The notes below the pieces were generated by a model. It was given only the letters and a program-made list of their open reading frames with translations, had not been told where the DNA came from and made no database searches. The position numbers and the translations under genes were made by a program. 64,000 nucleotides of DNA from Bacilli bacterium (GTDB lineage: Bacteria; Bacillota_I; Bacilli_A; RF39; UBA660), in NCBI GenBank assembly GCA_900769695.1, contig CAAGHO010000049.1, forward strand, positions 11,347-75,346, read 5' to 3'. Shown here piece after piece: positions 9,745-18,247 of the stretch (positions within the stretch are counted from its first letter, which is position 1; the number at the start of each line of letters is the position of its first letter).

Positions 9745-10869
9745 ATGGTAACTAAACCGATATTATATTCAATAAATGCATTTGATGCTTCTCAAAAGTC
9801 AACATTTACATTCTATTCAACTGGTGGTAATCAAGTTGTAAAGAACCAATTAACAATTCGTAACAATACCACAAACCAAGTTGTATACCAACAGTCTGTG
9901 GACTCATTTAAGTTTGAGCATACTGTTCCACCTAATACATTAACTAATGGTACATATTATAACGCTTATGTAACTACTTATGACGCACAAGGCGAAGCAA
10001 GTAGTCCAAGTGACCCTATACAGTTTTGGTGCTATACTCAACCTACAATAGAGTTTACCAATTTACCTGCAAATAATATTATCAATTCTTCAAGTTTTTT
10101 ATTTGAGTTTACATATAATCAGATTGAGGGTGAATTATTAAACTATTACAATGTGATTTTATATAATTCTAACCATGTTGAAATTAATAACAGTGGTGAG
10201 ATTTATGGTGGTCAGAGTATTAAACCACCAGTAACTCAAACTTATTTATTGACTGGATTAGATGATAAAGCAACTTATTACATTGAAATCAAGGGTTATA
10301 CTATTTATGGAACTTATGTAACAACTGGTGAAATATTAATCACTGTTACATATTCCAGTCCAACTGTGTTTGGTATTCTTGGTTTGACTAATGATTGCAC
10401 TAATGGTTATATCACTGGTGAAAGTATTGTTAGTATTATTGAGGGTTCAAGCAATCCAGAAGAACCAATATATATTACTAATGTAGACGGTAAAGAAATT
10501 GATTTAAGACCAGACGGTTACTGGGTAAAGTGGACAAGTGGTTTCCAATTAAACGGAGATTTTACGGCTCAATGGTGGTTTAGAGATATGAACGTAGACA
10601 CACCAATCTCATTTTTTACTAATTCACAAGGTCAAAAGATTACGTTTACTTATAGGAACGGATATTATAGAAATGAAACAGAACTTAAAGCCTATGTAGA
10701 TATGACTGTGGACAGTGGTATTGCAGAAGATGTTTATTATAGATATTCTCAATATATTCCATTACCACAAAATACAGATTATCTTACTTTATGGGTGAGA
10801 AGAATAGGAAATGTTTATAATATTTCTTTGATAAATTTAGGTAGCGTAATTCCTACTGCAACAAATTAA
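9745..10869 (+). CDS. tail/baseplate structural protein with FN3/Ig-like repeats
   Basis: 374-aa ORF with good RBS in the post-TMP block; beta-rich Thr/Asn/Tyr composition; position-based call. Confidence 0.4.
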   Translation: MVTKPILYSINAFDASQKSTFTFYSTGGNQVVKNQLTIRNNTTNQVVYQQSVDSFKFEHTVPPNTLTNGTYYNAYVTTYDAQGEASSPSDPIQFWCYTQPTIEFTNLPANNIINSSSFLFEFTYNQIEGELLNYYNVILYNSNHVEINNSGEIYGGQSIKPPVTQTYLLTGLDDKATYYIEIKGYTIYGTYVTTGEILITVTYSSPTVFGILGLTNDCTNGYITGESIVSIIEGSSNPEEPIYITNVDGKEIDLRPDGYWVKWTSGFQLNGDFTAQWWFRDMNVDTPISFFTNSQGQKITFTYRNGYYRNETELKAYVDMTVDSGIAEDVYYRYSQYIPLPQNTDYLTLWVRRIGNVYNISLINLGSVIPTATN

Positions 10870-10905
10870 TAATAACAATAAATAGAAAGTAGGTGAGAGG
10901 ATAAT

Positions 10906-11838
10906 ATGTTTTCTTTCTTAGGGTACAATTTCGTACAAGACGGTAACAGCCTAGATATTGCACCTACCAGTGTAAATAATGTAACAACAGTTCAAGTTCA
11001 GAACGGTATCTTTGACCATTTTCATTTAACTAGTAATGTAACTAGTGATTATTCACCTATTAAAAATACTGAATGGGCTTATCTTGATATTATTGTTGCT
11101 AATTTTGACGGTAATATCAATGGCGGTAATGTAGATTTCTTACTGCAATATTTGACCGCTATTAAAGTAAAACGTAGAATTAAAGGTACATTTAACTGGG
11201 TTACTTTAAAGACAGTTACAGTAAAAGCATTTGAAGATTTAAACTTTGCTTTTAATGATTATATAGCCGCTAATAATACAGATTATGAATATGCTTTAGT
11301 TCCTATATTGAACGGTGCTGAGGGCGATTATATTACCAATAGTATTACTTCTCAATTCAAGGGCGTATTCATTTGTGAAAAGGATAGTATATATAAATTC
11401 TACGCTGGGGTAGCATATGGTACTGGTAAACGTGTTAAGAAAATAGGAGTGTTTGAGCCTTATGGTAGTAAATATCCAGTAATTGTTGCTAATGCTAAGA
11501 CGAATTATTATAGTAATAGTATTAGTTTTACTGTCTTACCTTTAGATTATGAAAAAAATAGAATAATGGATAGATATGAAATCAATAAATTAACAGAGGA
11601 AATACTAAATTATATCACAGACAATAAAGCGAAAATTATAAAGGACTGGAATGGAAATATTTTCTTAATTTATCCAAGTTCAGAACCAAACATTACATAT
11701 GATAATAACTGGGGTATGGGAAAAATAGATATTTCTTTTGATTACGTTGAGGTTGGTGACGCAAATAACGAAAAAGACCTTATGGAATTTGGATTAGTAG
11801 AACCAGTAGTAAGTGGAGTTTCTACTACTGGAACGTAA
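10906..11838 (+). CDS. tail/baseplate structural protein
   Basis: 310-aa ORF, RBS aggtgagagg; position-based call. Confidence 0.4.
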   Translation: MFSFLGYNFVQDGNSLDIAPTSVNNVTTVQVQNGIFDHFHLTSNVTSDYSPIKNTEWAYLDIIVANFDGNINGGNVDFLLQYLTAIKVKRRIKGTFNWVTLKTVTVKAFEDLNFAFNDYIAANNTDYEYALVPILNGAEGDYITNSITSQFKGVFICEKDSIYKFYAGVAYGTGKRVKKIGVFEPYGSKYPVIVANAKTNYYSNSISFTVLPLDYEKNRIMDRYEINKLTEEILNYITDNKAKIIKDWNGNIFLIYPSSEPNITYDNNWGMGKIDISFDYVEVGDANNEKDLMEFGLVEPVVSGVSTTGT

Positions 11839-11851
11839 GGGAGGATAAATT

Positions 11852-13264
11852 ATGCCATTAAATATAACGCAGAATTTATACAATATCGCAAAACAACGAA
11901 TGAGAGAACGTCAAATAAAGATAAATCTGCTCAATTATGAGTATCAGACCGTAAATGAAATACAGGGTTATGTTATCAGTGGTAATATAAATTGTGATAG
12001 TAACAATGACCAAAGGCGTTCATGTAGTATTACTTTAGCACTGAAAGATACCGCTGATTTTGAGATAAAATCTGGTGGAAGAATATGGTTGGATAGATAT
12101 GTTCAGATTTATATAGGTGAATATGATATACTTGCAAAAGACTGGGAATGGGTAAATTTAGGTATTTATCTTATCAATACCCCTACATGGAATTATGACG
12201 CTTCTACTAATTCATTATCATTTGAGGGACTTGACCTTATGGCAAGACTGAATGGTACAAGAAATGGTTATATTTCAGATATGCCAACAACGATTCCACA
12301 AGGTAGTAACGTAAGAAACGCTATGATTAGTGTGTTAAAGTTAGTAGGAGTAACTAAATATGTCCTTGAAGAATTGCCATATGCTTTACCTTATGATATA
12401 CAAGTAGACGTTGGTGATAGTGTTTATTCATTACTTTCTCAATTAAGAGATGTAGACGCAACTATGGAAATTTTCTTTGATGTGAACGGAGTATTTAGGT
12501 ATCAAAAAATTCCAAGTGGTCATAATGAACCGTCTTTATTGGATGACGATGTATGGGATAATATTGTAACATCAGAAAGTATTACGTCTGATTTTGAAAG
12601 CGTTAAAAATGTAGTAAGAGTATTTGGAAAATCAATCGACCCAACATATTATCCAAGTAATATAACTCAGAGTGGAAATACTTATACTCTTACTATTGCA
12701 GATTATCCAACAACTTTTGATGCAGATACAAGTTTCACAGTAGGTTGGACGGCTACTACAGCAGTTGCAAGTCCTTATATTAAAGTGAATGATAACAGCG
12801 CATTACCTTTGGTTAATGAGGACGGAACAGCGGCGGTACTAGACCGTAACAACCAGTATTACGTTGCCAGATACCAGAATGGTAAGTTTATATACCTAGG
12901 CTATCAACAGATATATGGTGAAGCTAAAGACGATAATCCACAAAGTCCTTATTATGTGGGAAGTACAATAGGTGAAATAGCAATCCCTTTATCAGGGGGC
13001 GAATACGATAATATTTACACTAATGATTTAGCAAGACAACGTGCCAAATATGAATTATATTTACGAACCAGAATGAATGACAGTGTGAGTTTGACATGTG
13101 TCCCTATATGGTGGCTTGACGTAAATATAGTTGTTTCATACACACCTAAAGATTCTACGGTTCCAAAACAGTATCTTGTAAAAAGTTTTAGTGCTGATAT
13201 GCAAGAAAGTGGTTCAATGAATATAAGTATGATTGCTTATTATCCAGAATACGAAAGTTTCTAA
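11852..13264 (+). CDS. baseplate hub / tail-associated (Tal-like) protein
   Basis: 470 aa; N-terminus ..RRSCSITLALKD..RIWLDRYVQIYIG..WVNLGIYLINTP.. resembles prophage-tail/Tal N-terminal folds; weak by-eye call. Confidence 0.4.
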   Translation: MPLNITQNLYNIAKQRMRERQIKINLLNYEYQTVNEIQGYVISGNINCDSNNDQRRSCSITLALKDTADFEIKSGGRIWLDRYVQIYIGEYDILAKDWEWVNLGIYLINTPTWNYDASTNSLSFEGLDLMARLNGTRNGYISDMPTTIPQGSNVRNAMISVLKLVGVTKYVLEELPYALPYDIQVDVGDSVYSLLSQLRDVDATMEIFFDVNGVFRYQKIPSGHNEPSLLDDDVWDNIVTSESITSDFESVKNVVRVFGKSIDPTYYPSNITQSGNTYTLTIADYPTTFDADTSFTVGWTATTAVASPYIKVNDNSALPLVNEDGTAAVLDRNNQYYVARYQNGKFIYLGYQQIYGEAKDDNPQSPYYVGSTIGEIAIPLSGGEYDNIYTNDLARQRAKYELYLRTRMNDSVSLTCVPIWWLDVNIVVSYTPKDSTVPKQYLVKSFSADMQESGSMNISMIAYYPEYESF

Positions 13265-13291
13265 ATAAGTGGAAATATTTCAAAATAACTA

Positions 13292-13320
13292 TTGACACAA
13301 GGCGTAAAGTATGGTAAGAT
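13292..13320 (+). promoter_or_regulatory. sigma-A-type promoter with no protein gene downstream
   Basis: TTGACA-17 nt-TAAGAT with TGg extended -10. Confidence 0.6.
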
Positions 13321-13511
13321 ATAATTAAGTTAAGGAAAGGAAATAAAAGATATATGTTCTCCTTATAAATTGTATACATTGTTGTTCGTATCCATGTGCG
13401 AAAAATCCACAACGTTCCTTTTCTTAACTGGATTTTCATTATCATTTACTTGCCATAGTGATAATGAAATTAATTCAGCTAAAGTTGAAAAAAGCCTGTG
13501 ATGGTGACAAT

Positions 13512-13640
13512 TCAAACTAACCTATGATTAGATAGGTAGTTAGTCACAAAAAGCTGAACCCTTTTATGTGCGAGAGATAAAAGGTGAATGGTGACGTAAT
13601 GCTTGGAAAAAAGAACTAAGCATATTTTTCTTATTTTCAT
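13512..13640 (-). CDS. possible 42-aa peptide antisense to the orphan RNA
   Basis: AGGAGG 4 nt before ATG; MKIRKICLVLFSKHYVTIHLLSLAHKRVQLFVTNYLSNHRLV; no promoter recognised, short SD spacing. Confidence 0.25.
   Translation of the reverse strand: MKIRKICLVLFSKHYVTIHLLSLAHKRVQLFVTNYLSNHRLV
13599..13637 (+). terminator. intrinsic terminator 1 of the orphan unit
   Basis: ATGCTTGG-9 nt-CTAAGCAT then ATTTTTCTTATTTT. Confidence 0.55.
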
Positions 13641-13672
13641 TAAACCTCCTGTAATACGTTTTTGGTAGCAAG

Positions 13673-13707
13673 AAAGAGTGTTTCTTAATAGATTCACTCT
13701 TTTTTGT
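13673..13707 (+). terminator. intrinsic terminator 2 of the orphan unit
   Basis: AAAGAGTG-14 nt-CACTCTTT then TTTTG. Confidence 0.55.
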
Positions 13708-13769
13708 TGTAATAAAATAAAGAATAATATATAATAATATTTAGATTACATAGAAAGGAAGTGTGATTT

Positions 13770-14501
13770 ATGAGTGAACGTTACCCTCAATTTCTGAGTA
13801 CGACTTTTCCTAATCAAGTACAAACATTTACAACTTTTTTGGATATTACGGCTTCTGACGCACAATTAATTCAGCAATATCAGACAGCTATTCAGTCTAA
13901 TGATTATGAAACCGCACAAAATATATTTGCACAAATTCCAAACGGTAATCAAAAGATTATCAATGCTCAAAAATTAAATACGATTATCAATACTTGTGAA
14001 GCGTTGGAAAATTTTTATAAAACTGATGTGCAACCTTATGTAGAGGGCAAGCAAATTGAATGGCAGAATATCATCAATTTATTTGGCTATAAGGGAATAT
14101 ATAACCCTACTATAACCTATTCTAAGAATAACTTTGTAACATACACCTATAACGGTGTAAATTATGTGTATATTGCTGTTACTAATCCACCTTTGGGAAC
14201 AGATCCCACAAATACAACTTATTGGCGAGTGCTTTCTATTCGTGGTGAAAAAGGTGATTCTGGTGAGGGATTGTCTTTCTTAGGAGAATGGGATAGTACA
14301 GTACATTACACCACACAGAACGTAGTAACATACGGTAACTATGTGTGGGCTTGTATTGAAGCTAATAATAACCAAGCACCTTTTGAGGGTTCGCAATACT
14401 GGGTTAATATTGGTTCTGTTAGACCTAGAGAAATTCCAGTACAAAGGGGAACGCCAAGTCAACAAGAAACTGGTGATTTATGGTTTAGAATTGTGAACTA
14501 A
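13770..14501 (+). CDS. tail-fibre-associated protein with two CBM5/12-like carbohydrate-binding motifs
   Basis: YSKNNFVTYTYNGVNYVYIAV..TYWRVL and WDSTVHYTTQNVVTYGNYVWACIEANNNQAP..YWVNIG fit the W/Y..Y..GD.V.Y.G..Y.A...N...P...W pattern. Confidence 0.45.
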   Translation: MSERYPQFLSTTFPNQVQTFTTFLDITASDAQLIQQYQTAIQSNDYETAQNIFAQIPNGNQKIINAQKLNTIINTCEALENFYKTDVQPYVEGKQIEWQNIINLFGYKGIYNPTITYSKNNFVTYTYNGVNYVYIAVTNPPLGTDPTNTTYWRVLSIRGEKGDSGEGLSFLGEWDSTVHYTTQNVVTYGNYVWACIEANNNQAPFEGSQYWVNIGSVRPREIPVQRGTPSQQETGDLWFRIVN

Positions 14502-14515
14502 GAAAGGAAAAAAAT

Positions 14516-15205
14516 ATGGCAAGTTTTGAAGTCAGACGTTGGCAAGACTTATCATTAAGTAATAGAAACTTAATGCAACAGTTTTCTCAATATTTTAGAG
14601 AGGGTTATTTTAGTCAAGCATTAGCGTTAATTATGAACAATGATGACATTGATTCTGAAACGGTTATGCCAATATGTTTCAATATGATTCATACGGCTCT
14701 TGAATATTTACAGAATTTATATTACAATGCAGTAGAGGTTAAACTTGCAGAAGATGAACAATTATTTCAGACAATGCTTAATAATTACATAAATAAGAAA
14801 GAATATCAAGCTGATATACAATATGAAATGTATAACTTTGTTGTTTATGACAAACAAGTTTATATGTGTTTAAAACAATCAACTGGAAATCTGCCTACTG
14901 ATATGGAATACTGGGTGTTGATTGGCTTAAAAGGTGAGGTTGGTGCGACAAGTATTGACGTTCAGTTAAAAGATGTTTGGGATAAAACAGTAAATTATGC
15001 TATTAATGACGTTGTTACTTATGAAAATGTAATGTATATTGCTTTAAAAGCGAATACAAATGTTCAACCAGATACCACACCTAGCACATGGCAGGTATTT
15101 ATGAAGTTTCCAAAAGCAAGAGTTATTGTATCTGAAACAGAACCAACTGACGAACAATTAGAAGTTGGTGGTCAATGGTGGAAAATTTTATCTATCGAAG
15201 TTTAA
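14516..15205 (+). CDS. paralogous tail-fibre-associated protein with CBM5/12-like motifs
   Basis: Same architecture as 13770-14501: helical N-terminus, then YEMYNFVVYDKQVYMCLK..EYWVLIG and WDKTVNYAINDVVTYENVMYIALKANTNVQP..TWQVF. Confidence 0.45.
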   Translation: MASFEVRRWQDLSLSNRNLMQQFSQYFREGYFSQALALIMNNDDIDSETVMPICFNMIHTALEYLQNLYYNAVEVKLAEDEQLFQTMLNNYINKKEYQADIQYEMYNFVVYDKQVYMCLKQSTGNLPTDMEYWVLIGLKGEVGATSIDVQLKDVWDKTVNYAINDVVTYENVMYIALKANTNVQPDTTPSTWQVFMKFPKARVIVSETEPTDEQLEVGGQWWKILSIEV

Positions 15206-15225
15206 TAAAGAAAGTTGGTGAAAAT

Positions 15226-15591
15226 ATGGCAAGTTATAACATAGAAATGAATGTAAAAACTGATACTGGATATGACCAATTATATCCTCAGACTAAAATA
15301 GAAAATGTAGAAAATGGTGCTTCTAAATCTGTAAGTGTGCAAGTAAATGCTCCTAGTGCAGATTGGCAAGGTGATAATGCACCATATACATTAACTTTAA
15401 CAGTAAATGGTGTTACGGCTGAGAATAATATTGAGGTTGGTTTAGCTTCAAATGCAACCTTAGACCAAATTAAACTATCCATGAAATGTATCATTCAGTG
15501 TACAGCACAAGCAGAAAATCAGATTACTCTTACAGCTTATAAGAATAAGCCAACGGAAGATTTACCCATCCAAGTGCTGATTATTGGATAA
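15226..15591 (+). CDS. small beta-rich tail-fibre-associated protein
   Basis: ATG 15226 after ggtgaaaat RBS (track ORF starts 15175); 121 aa. Confidence 0.4.
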   Translation: MASYNIEMNVKTDTGYDQLYPQTKIENVENGASKSVSVQVNAPSADWQGDNAPYTLTLTVNGVTAENNIEVGLASNATLDQIKLSMKCIIQCTAQAENQITLTAYKNKPTEDLPIQVLIIG

Positions 15592-15618
15592 GTTTTATTA
15601 ACAAAAAGAGGTGATTTT

Positions 15619-16956
15619 ATGTCAATTATGAATAGATTTCCTACTGGTGGTGGTAGTTCTGATATTGCAACTGCTGAACCAAATAATGTATTAAAAGGAT
15701 ATACATTCGTAGGAAAAGATAGTGACGATATACAAACTGGCACATTGGAACTGACTGGAAACGCTATAGAAAGTCATGTTATCAAAGGTGCTACGTTTTA
15801 TAATACAGACGCTAAAATTAAGGTTACTGGCACAATGGAAGTTGGTAATGTAAGTAATTTAAACTTAGCTGTTTCTAGTGGTAGAAATATTACTGTTACT
15901 TGGTCTAACCCTATACAAACTACTGGTAGACCTTATAGTGGTGTATATGTTAAATATAGCACAAGTGGAAATCCTGGGACTGGTGGTACTCAGATTTATA
16001 AAGGTACTGGAAATAATACTACAAGTGGTGGTAGAAGTAGTGTTACTTTGGGGTTTCCTAATCTTGGAACTAGGTATTACATAAGTGTGTATAGTTATTG
16101 TGTGACAAGTAATGGGGAATTGATAGGAACACCAATACAAGGTAATATTGTAAGTGGTAGTACATATACACAGACGATTACAAGTAGTACAAATGTAACT
16201 GTACCAAGTGGATATAGTCAAGTTGATATATTTTGTGTTGGTGGTGGTGGCGGTGGTGGGCATGGAGAAAGTCGAGATAGAAATTCAACTTATGGTGGCG
16301 GTGGTGGCGGTGGTGGCTACACTAAAACTGCTTCTAATGTTAGTGTATCTTCTGGACAAACTTTAGTATGCTCTATTGGTGGCGGTGGCGGCGCTAATGG
16401 GGGTACTGGTGGCACTACTTCTGTAACAAGAAGCGGAACTACATTATGTACTGCTTCTGGTGGATATGGCGGTGACGGTGAAACTACTTCACCATATTAT
16501 CGTGCTAGTTGTGGCGGTAGTGGCGGTGGTACTGGTGGTTCAGCGTATGGATATACTTATGGAAATAATGGCGGTAGTAATGGTGGCAATGGTGGTAATA
16601 GTCCTGGTGTCACAAATAGTCAAGGATTAGGTCAAGGAACAACAACTCGCCCATTTGATGAAAGTTCTGGTACTGTTTATTCTGGCGGTGGTGGTTCTGG
16701 TGGACAAGGATTAGGTGCTTTAACACCGGGTAACTGGGGTGGTTCTGGTGGTTCTATAGGTGGCGGTCATGGTGGTAATGGTACCTATAGAAGTGGAGGT
16801 TCTTCTAGTGAACCAGATTACATTCTTGCTAGTGCGGGCGGCAATGGTTCTGCTAATACTGGTGGTGGAGCAGGTGGTGGCGGTGGTGGCTATGCTTATA
16901 GTGGTAGGGACGGTGGTACTGGTGGTTCTGGAATTATCCTTATCCGTTTCAAATAA
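15619..16956 (+). CDS. tail fibre protein with FN3-like module and C-terminal glycine-rich domain
   Basis: ..NITVTWSNPIQTTGRPYSGVYVKYS.. FN3-like; ..VDIFCVGGGGGGGHG..YGGGGGGGGYTKTASNVSVSSGQTLVCSIGGGGGANGGTGGTTSV.. matches the Gly_rich domain layout. Confidence 0.6.
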   Translation: MSIMNRFPTGGGSSDIATAEPNNVLKGYTFVGKDSDDIQTGTLELTGNAIESHVIKGATFYNTDAKIKVTGTMEVGNVSNLNLAVSSGRNITVTWSNPIQTTGRPYSGVYVKYSTSGNPGTGGTQIYKGTGNNTTSGGRSSVTLGFPNLGTRYYISVYSYCVTSNGELIGTPIQGNIVSGSTYTQTITSSTNVTVPSGYSQVDIFCVGGGGGGGHGESRDRNSTYGGGGGGGGYTKTASNVSVSSGQTLVCSIGGGGGANGGTGGTTSVTRSGTTLCTASGGYGGDGETTSPYYRASCGGSGGGTGGSAYGYTYGNNGGSNGGNGGNSPGVTNSQGLGQGTTTRPFDESSGTVYSGGGGSGGQGLGALTPGNWGGSGGSIGGGHGGNGTYRSGGSSSEPDYILASAGGNGSANTGGGAGGGGGGYAYSGRDGGTGGSGIILIRFK

Positions 16957-16971
16957 AGAAAGGAGTATCAT

Positions 16972-17217
16972 ATGGCTATAATTAATAATTTTATATCTGG
17001 TGGCGTTGATACTTCTGAATTGACTGCAACCAAATCAGAAGTTATGAAAGGTTATATCTTTCTTGGTTTAGGTTCTGATGATGAACAAACTGGAACCCTT
17101 GAATTAACTGGTAACGCCAATGTAAATCAAGTATTAACTGGTACAACTTTTTATACCACTAATCCACAAGCCCAACAAACTGGCACTTTAACAGTGAATA
17201 GTATTTTCGCTTATTAA
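16972..17217 (+). CDS. 81-aa truncated paralogue of the N-terminal module of 15619-16956
   Basis: MAIINNFISGG..VMKGYIFLGLGSDDEQTGTLELTGNA..GTTFYTTN..TGTLTV parallels MSIMNRFPTGG..VLKGYTFVGKDSDDIQTGTLELTGNA..GATFYNTD..TGTMEV. Confidence 0.5.
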   Translation: MAIINNFISGGVDTSELTATKSEVMKGYIFLGLGSDDEQTGTLELTGNANVNQVLTGTTFYTTNPQAQQTGTLTVNSIFAY

Positions 17218-17242
17218 TATAGAATGAAAGGATAGAAATGAT

Positions 17243-17803
17243 ATGATTGTACATCAAGTTTTTGCTATTGTACATGAGGAAACTGTACAGAATATTATTG
17301 TATGCGACAATTATGAACTTGCTAATCAGATTGCAAGAGGTACTTACGGCAATGAAGCTATCGCAGTAGACTGTTTACAATACCCTTGTTTTATAGGTTG
17401 CAAATATAAAAACGGCAAGTTTTATGACTTAGAAGATAATGAAATTGCTTACGTTCCAACACAAGAACAGCAAGTTGCGACTTTACAACAAATTAATAAG
17501 ACCCTTTATAAAACAGCTAAATTATCAGCACAGAATTTCACAGACGAACAAGCCGTAGAAGTTCCAGAAATCTATCCAGTATGGACTGAGGGCGTTGAAT
17601 ATAAAGAGGGAGATAGGGTTACTAACGAGTACGGTGAGTTATACAAGACTGTAGTAACTCATGTGTCCAATTCTAAGGATAAAGAGGAAATTGGTGAGGA
17701 AACGGCTGTTACTAATTCATTTGAGAATGATGATAATGGAATTATGTTGACAAGTGTTGAAGATGAAATTCCAACTACAAGTAAATGGATAAAATTATCA
17801 TAA
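17243..17803 (+). CDS. tail-fibre-associated protein with C-terminal CBM5/12-like motif
   Basis: 186 aa; ..YPVWTEGVEYKEGDRVTNEYGELYKTVVTHVSN.. Confidence 0.4.
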   Translation: MIVHQVFAIVHEETVQNIIVCDNYELANQIARGTYGNEAIAVDCLQYPCFIGCKYKNGKFYDLEDNEIAYVPTQEQQVATLQQINKTLYKTAKLSAQNFTDEQAVEVPEIYPVWTEGVEYKEGDRVTNEYGELYKTVVTHVSNSKDKEEIGEETAVTNSFENDDNGIMLTSVEDEIPTTSKWIKLS

Positions 17804-17819
17804 AGTGATTAAAATTCGC

Positions 17820-17848
17820 TTGACAAATAAGGTGACAAGTAGTATTAT
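17820..17848 (+). promoter_or_regulatory. sigma-A-type promoter of the small moron gene
   Basis: TTGACA-17 nt-TATTAT. Confidence 0.6.
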
Positions 17849-17983
17849 AAATAAAGAACAATTCATATAGAAAGTTTACAGACTTACTGTTTTAAATGAA
17901 AAATAAAGTGCTATAAAAATTGTTCTAAAACTATTTTAAAAATTATGTATTTCTGTATATTAACCTTAAAGGAGGTAATTATT

Positions 17984-18163
17984 ATGGCAGTAGCAACTGG
18001 AAAGCATGCAGACCATAGAACCAAGGAACAGATGGCAAATGATTTAGCACAGACTAAAAGACCAAAGGGCGCACAGGATACAACCTATGTAACAACTGGC
18101 CCTGCAACTGGTAAAACAGATGAACGTGTAAGACCTCAGACCCAAAGACCTGTTAAGGATTGA
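17984..18163 (+). CDS. 59-aa hydrophilic protein of unknown function (moron)
   Basis: AAGGAGG 7 nt before ATG 17984 (track ORF starts 17945); own promoter and terminator. Confidence 0.6.
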   Translation: MAVATGKHADHRTKEQMANDLAQTKRPKGAQDTTYVTTGPATGKTDERVRPQTQRPVKD

Positions 18164-18187
18164 TAATTAAATAAATATATTACAATG

Positions 18188-18219
18188 GAGAGGAATTAAT
18201 AATAGTTCCTCTCTTTTTG
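18188..18219 (+). terminator. intrinsic terminator
   Basis: GAGAGGAA-10 nt-TTCCTCTC then TTTTTG. Confidence 0.7.
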
Positions 18220-18247
18220 TTATCATAAATTAGAAAGGGGTTCGTAA

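Larger units (their letters stand above)
13327..13707 (+). ncRNA. candidate structured non-coding RNA (orphan transcription unit in the tail module)
   Basis: Promoter at 13292; no + strand ORF; many hairpins (for example 13435-13444/13459-13468, 13560-13567/13577-13584); two rho-independent terminators. Confidence 0.45.

Noticed and set aside
13188-13445. 85-aa - strand ORF across the baseplate gene end and the orphan unit
   Set aside because: It overlaps the 3' end of a well-supported + strand gene, has no RBS, and its product is a low-complexity hydrophobic or basic string.
15865-16971. Long antisense and alternative-frame ORFs over the glycine-rich fibre gene (15865-16263, 15878-16084, 16720-16971, 16760-16981)
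   Set aside because: They are by-products of the GGT/GGC-rich repeat on the coding strand. Their products are low-complexity Thr/Ser/Val strings, and they have no RBS.
13770-17803. Diversity-generating retroelement acting on the CBM-like tail-fibre repeats
   Set aside because: There is no reverse transcriptase gene in the window and no nucleotide-level template/variable repeat pair. The similarity between the repeats is only at the protein-motif level.
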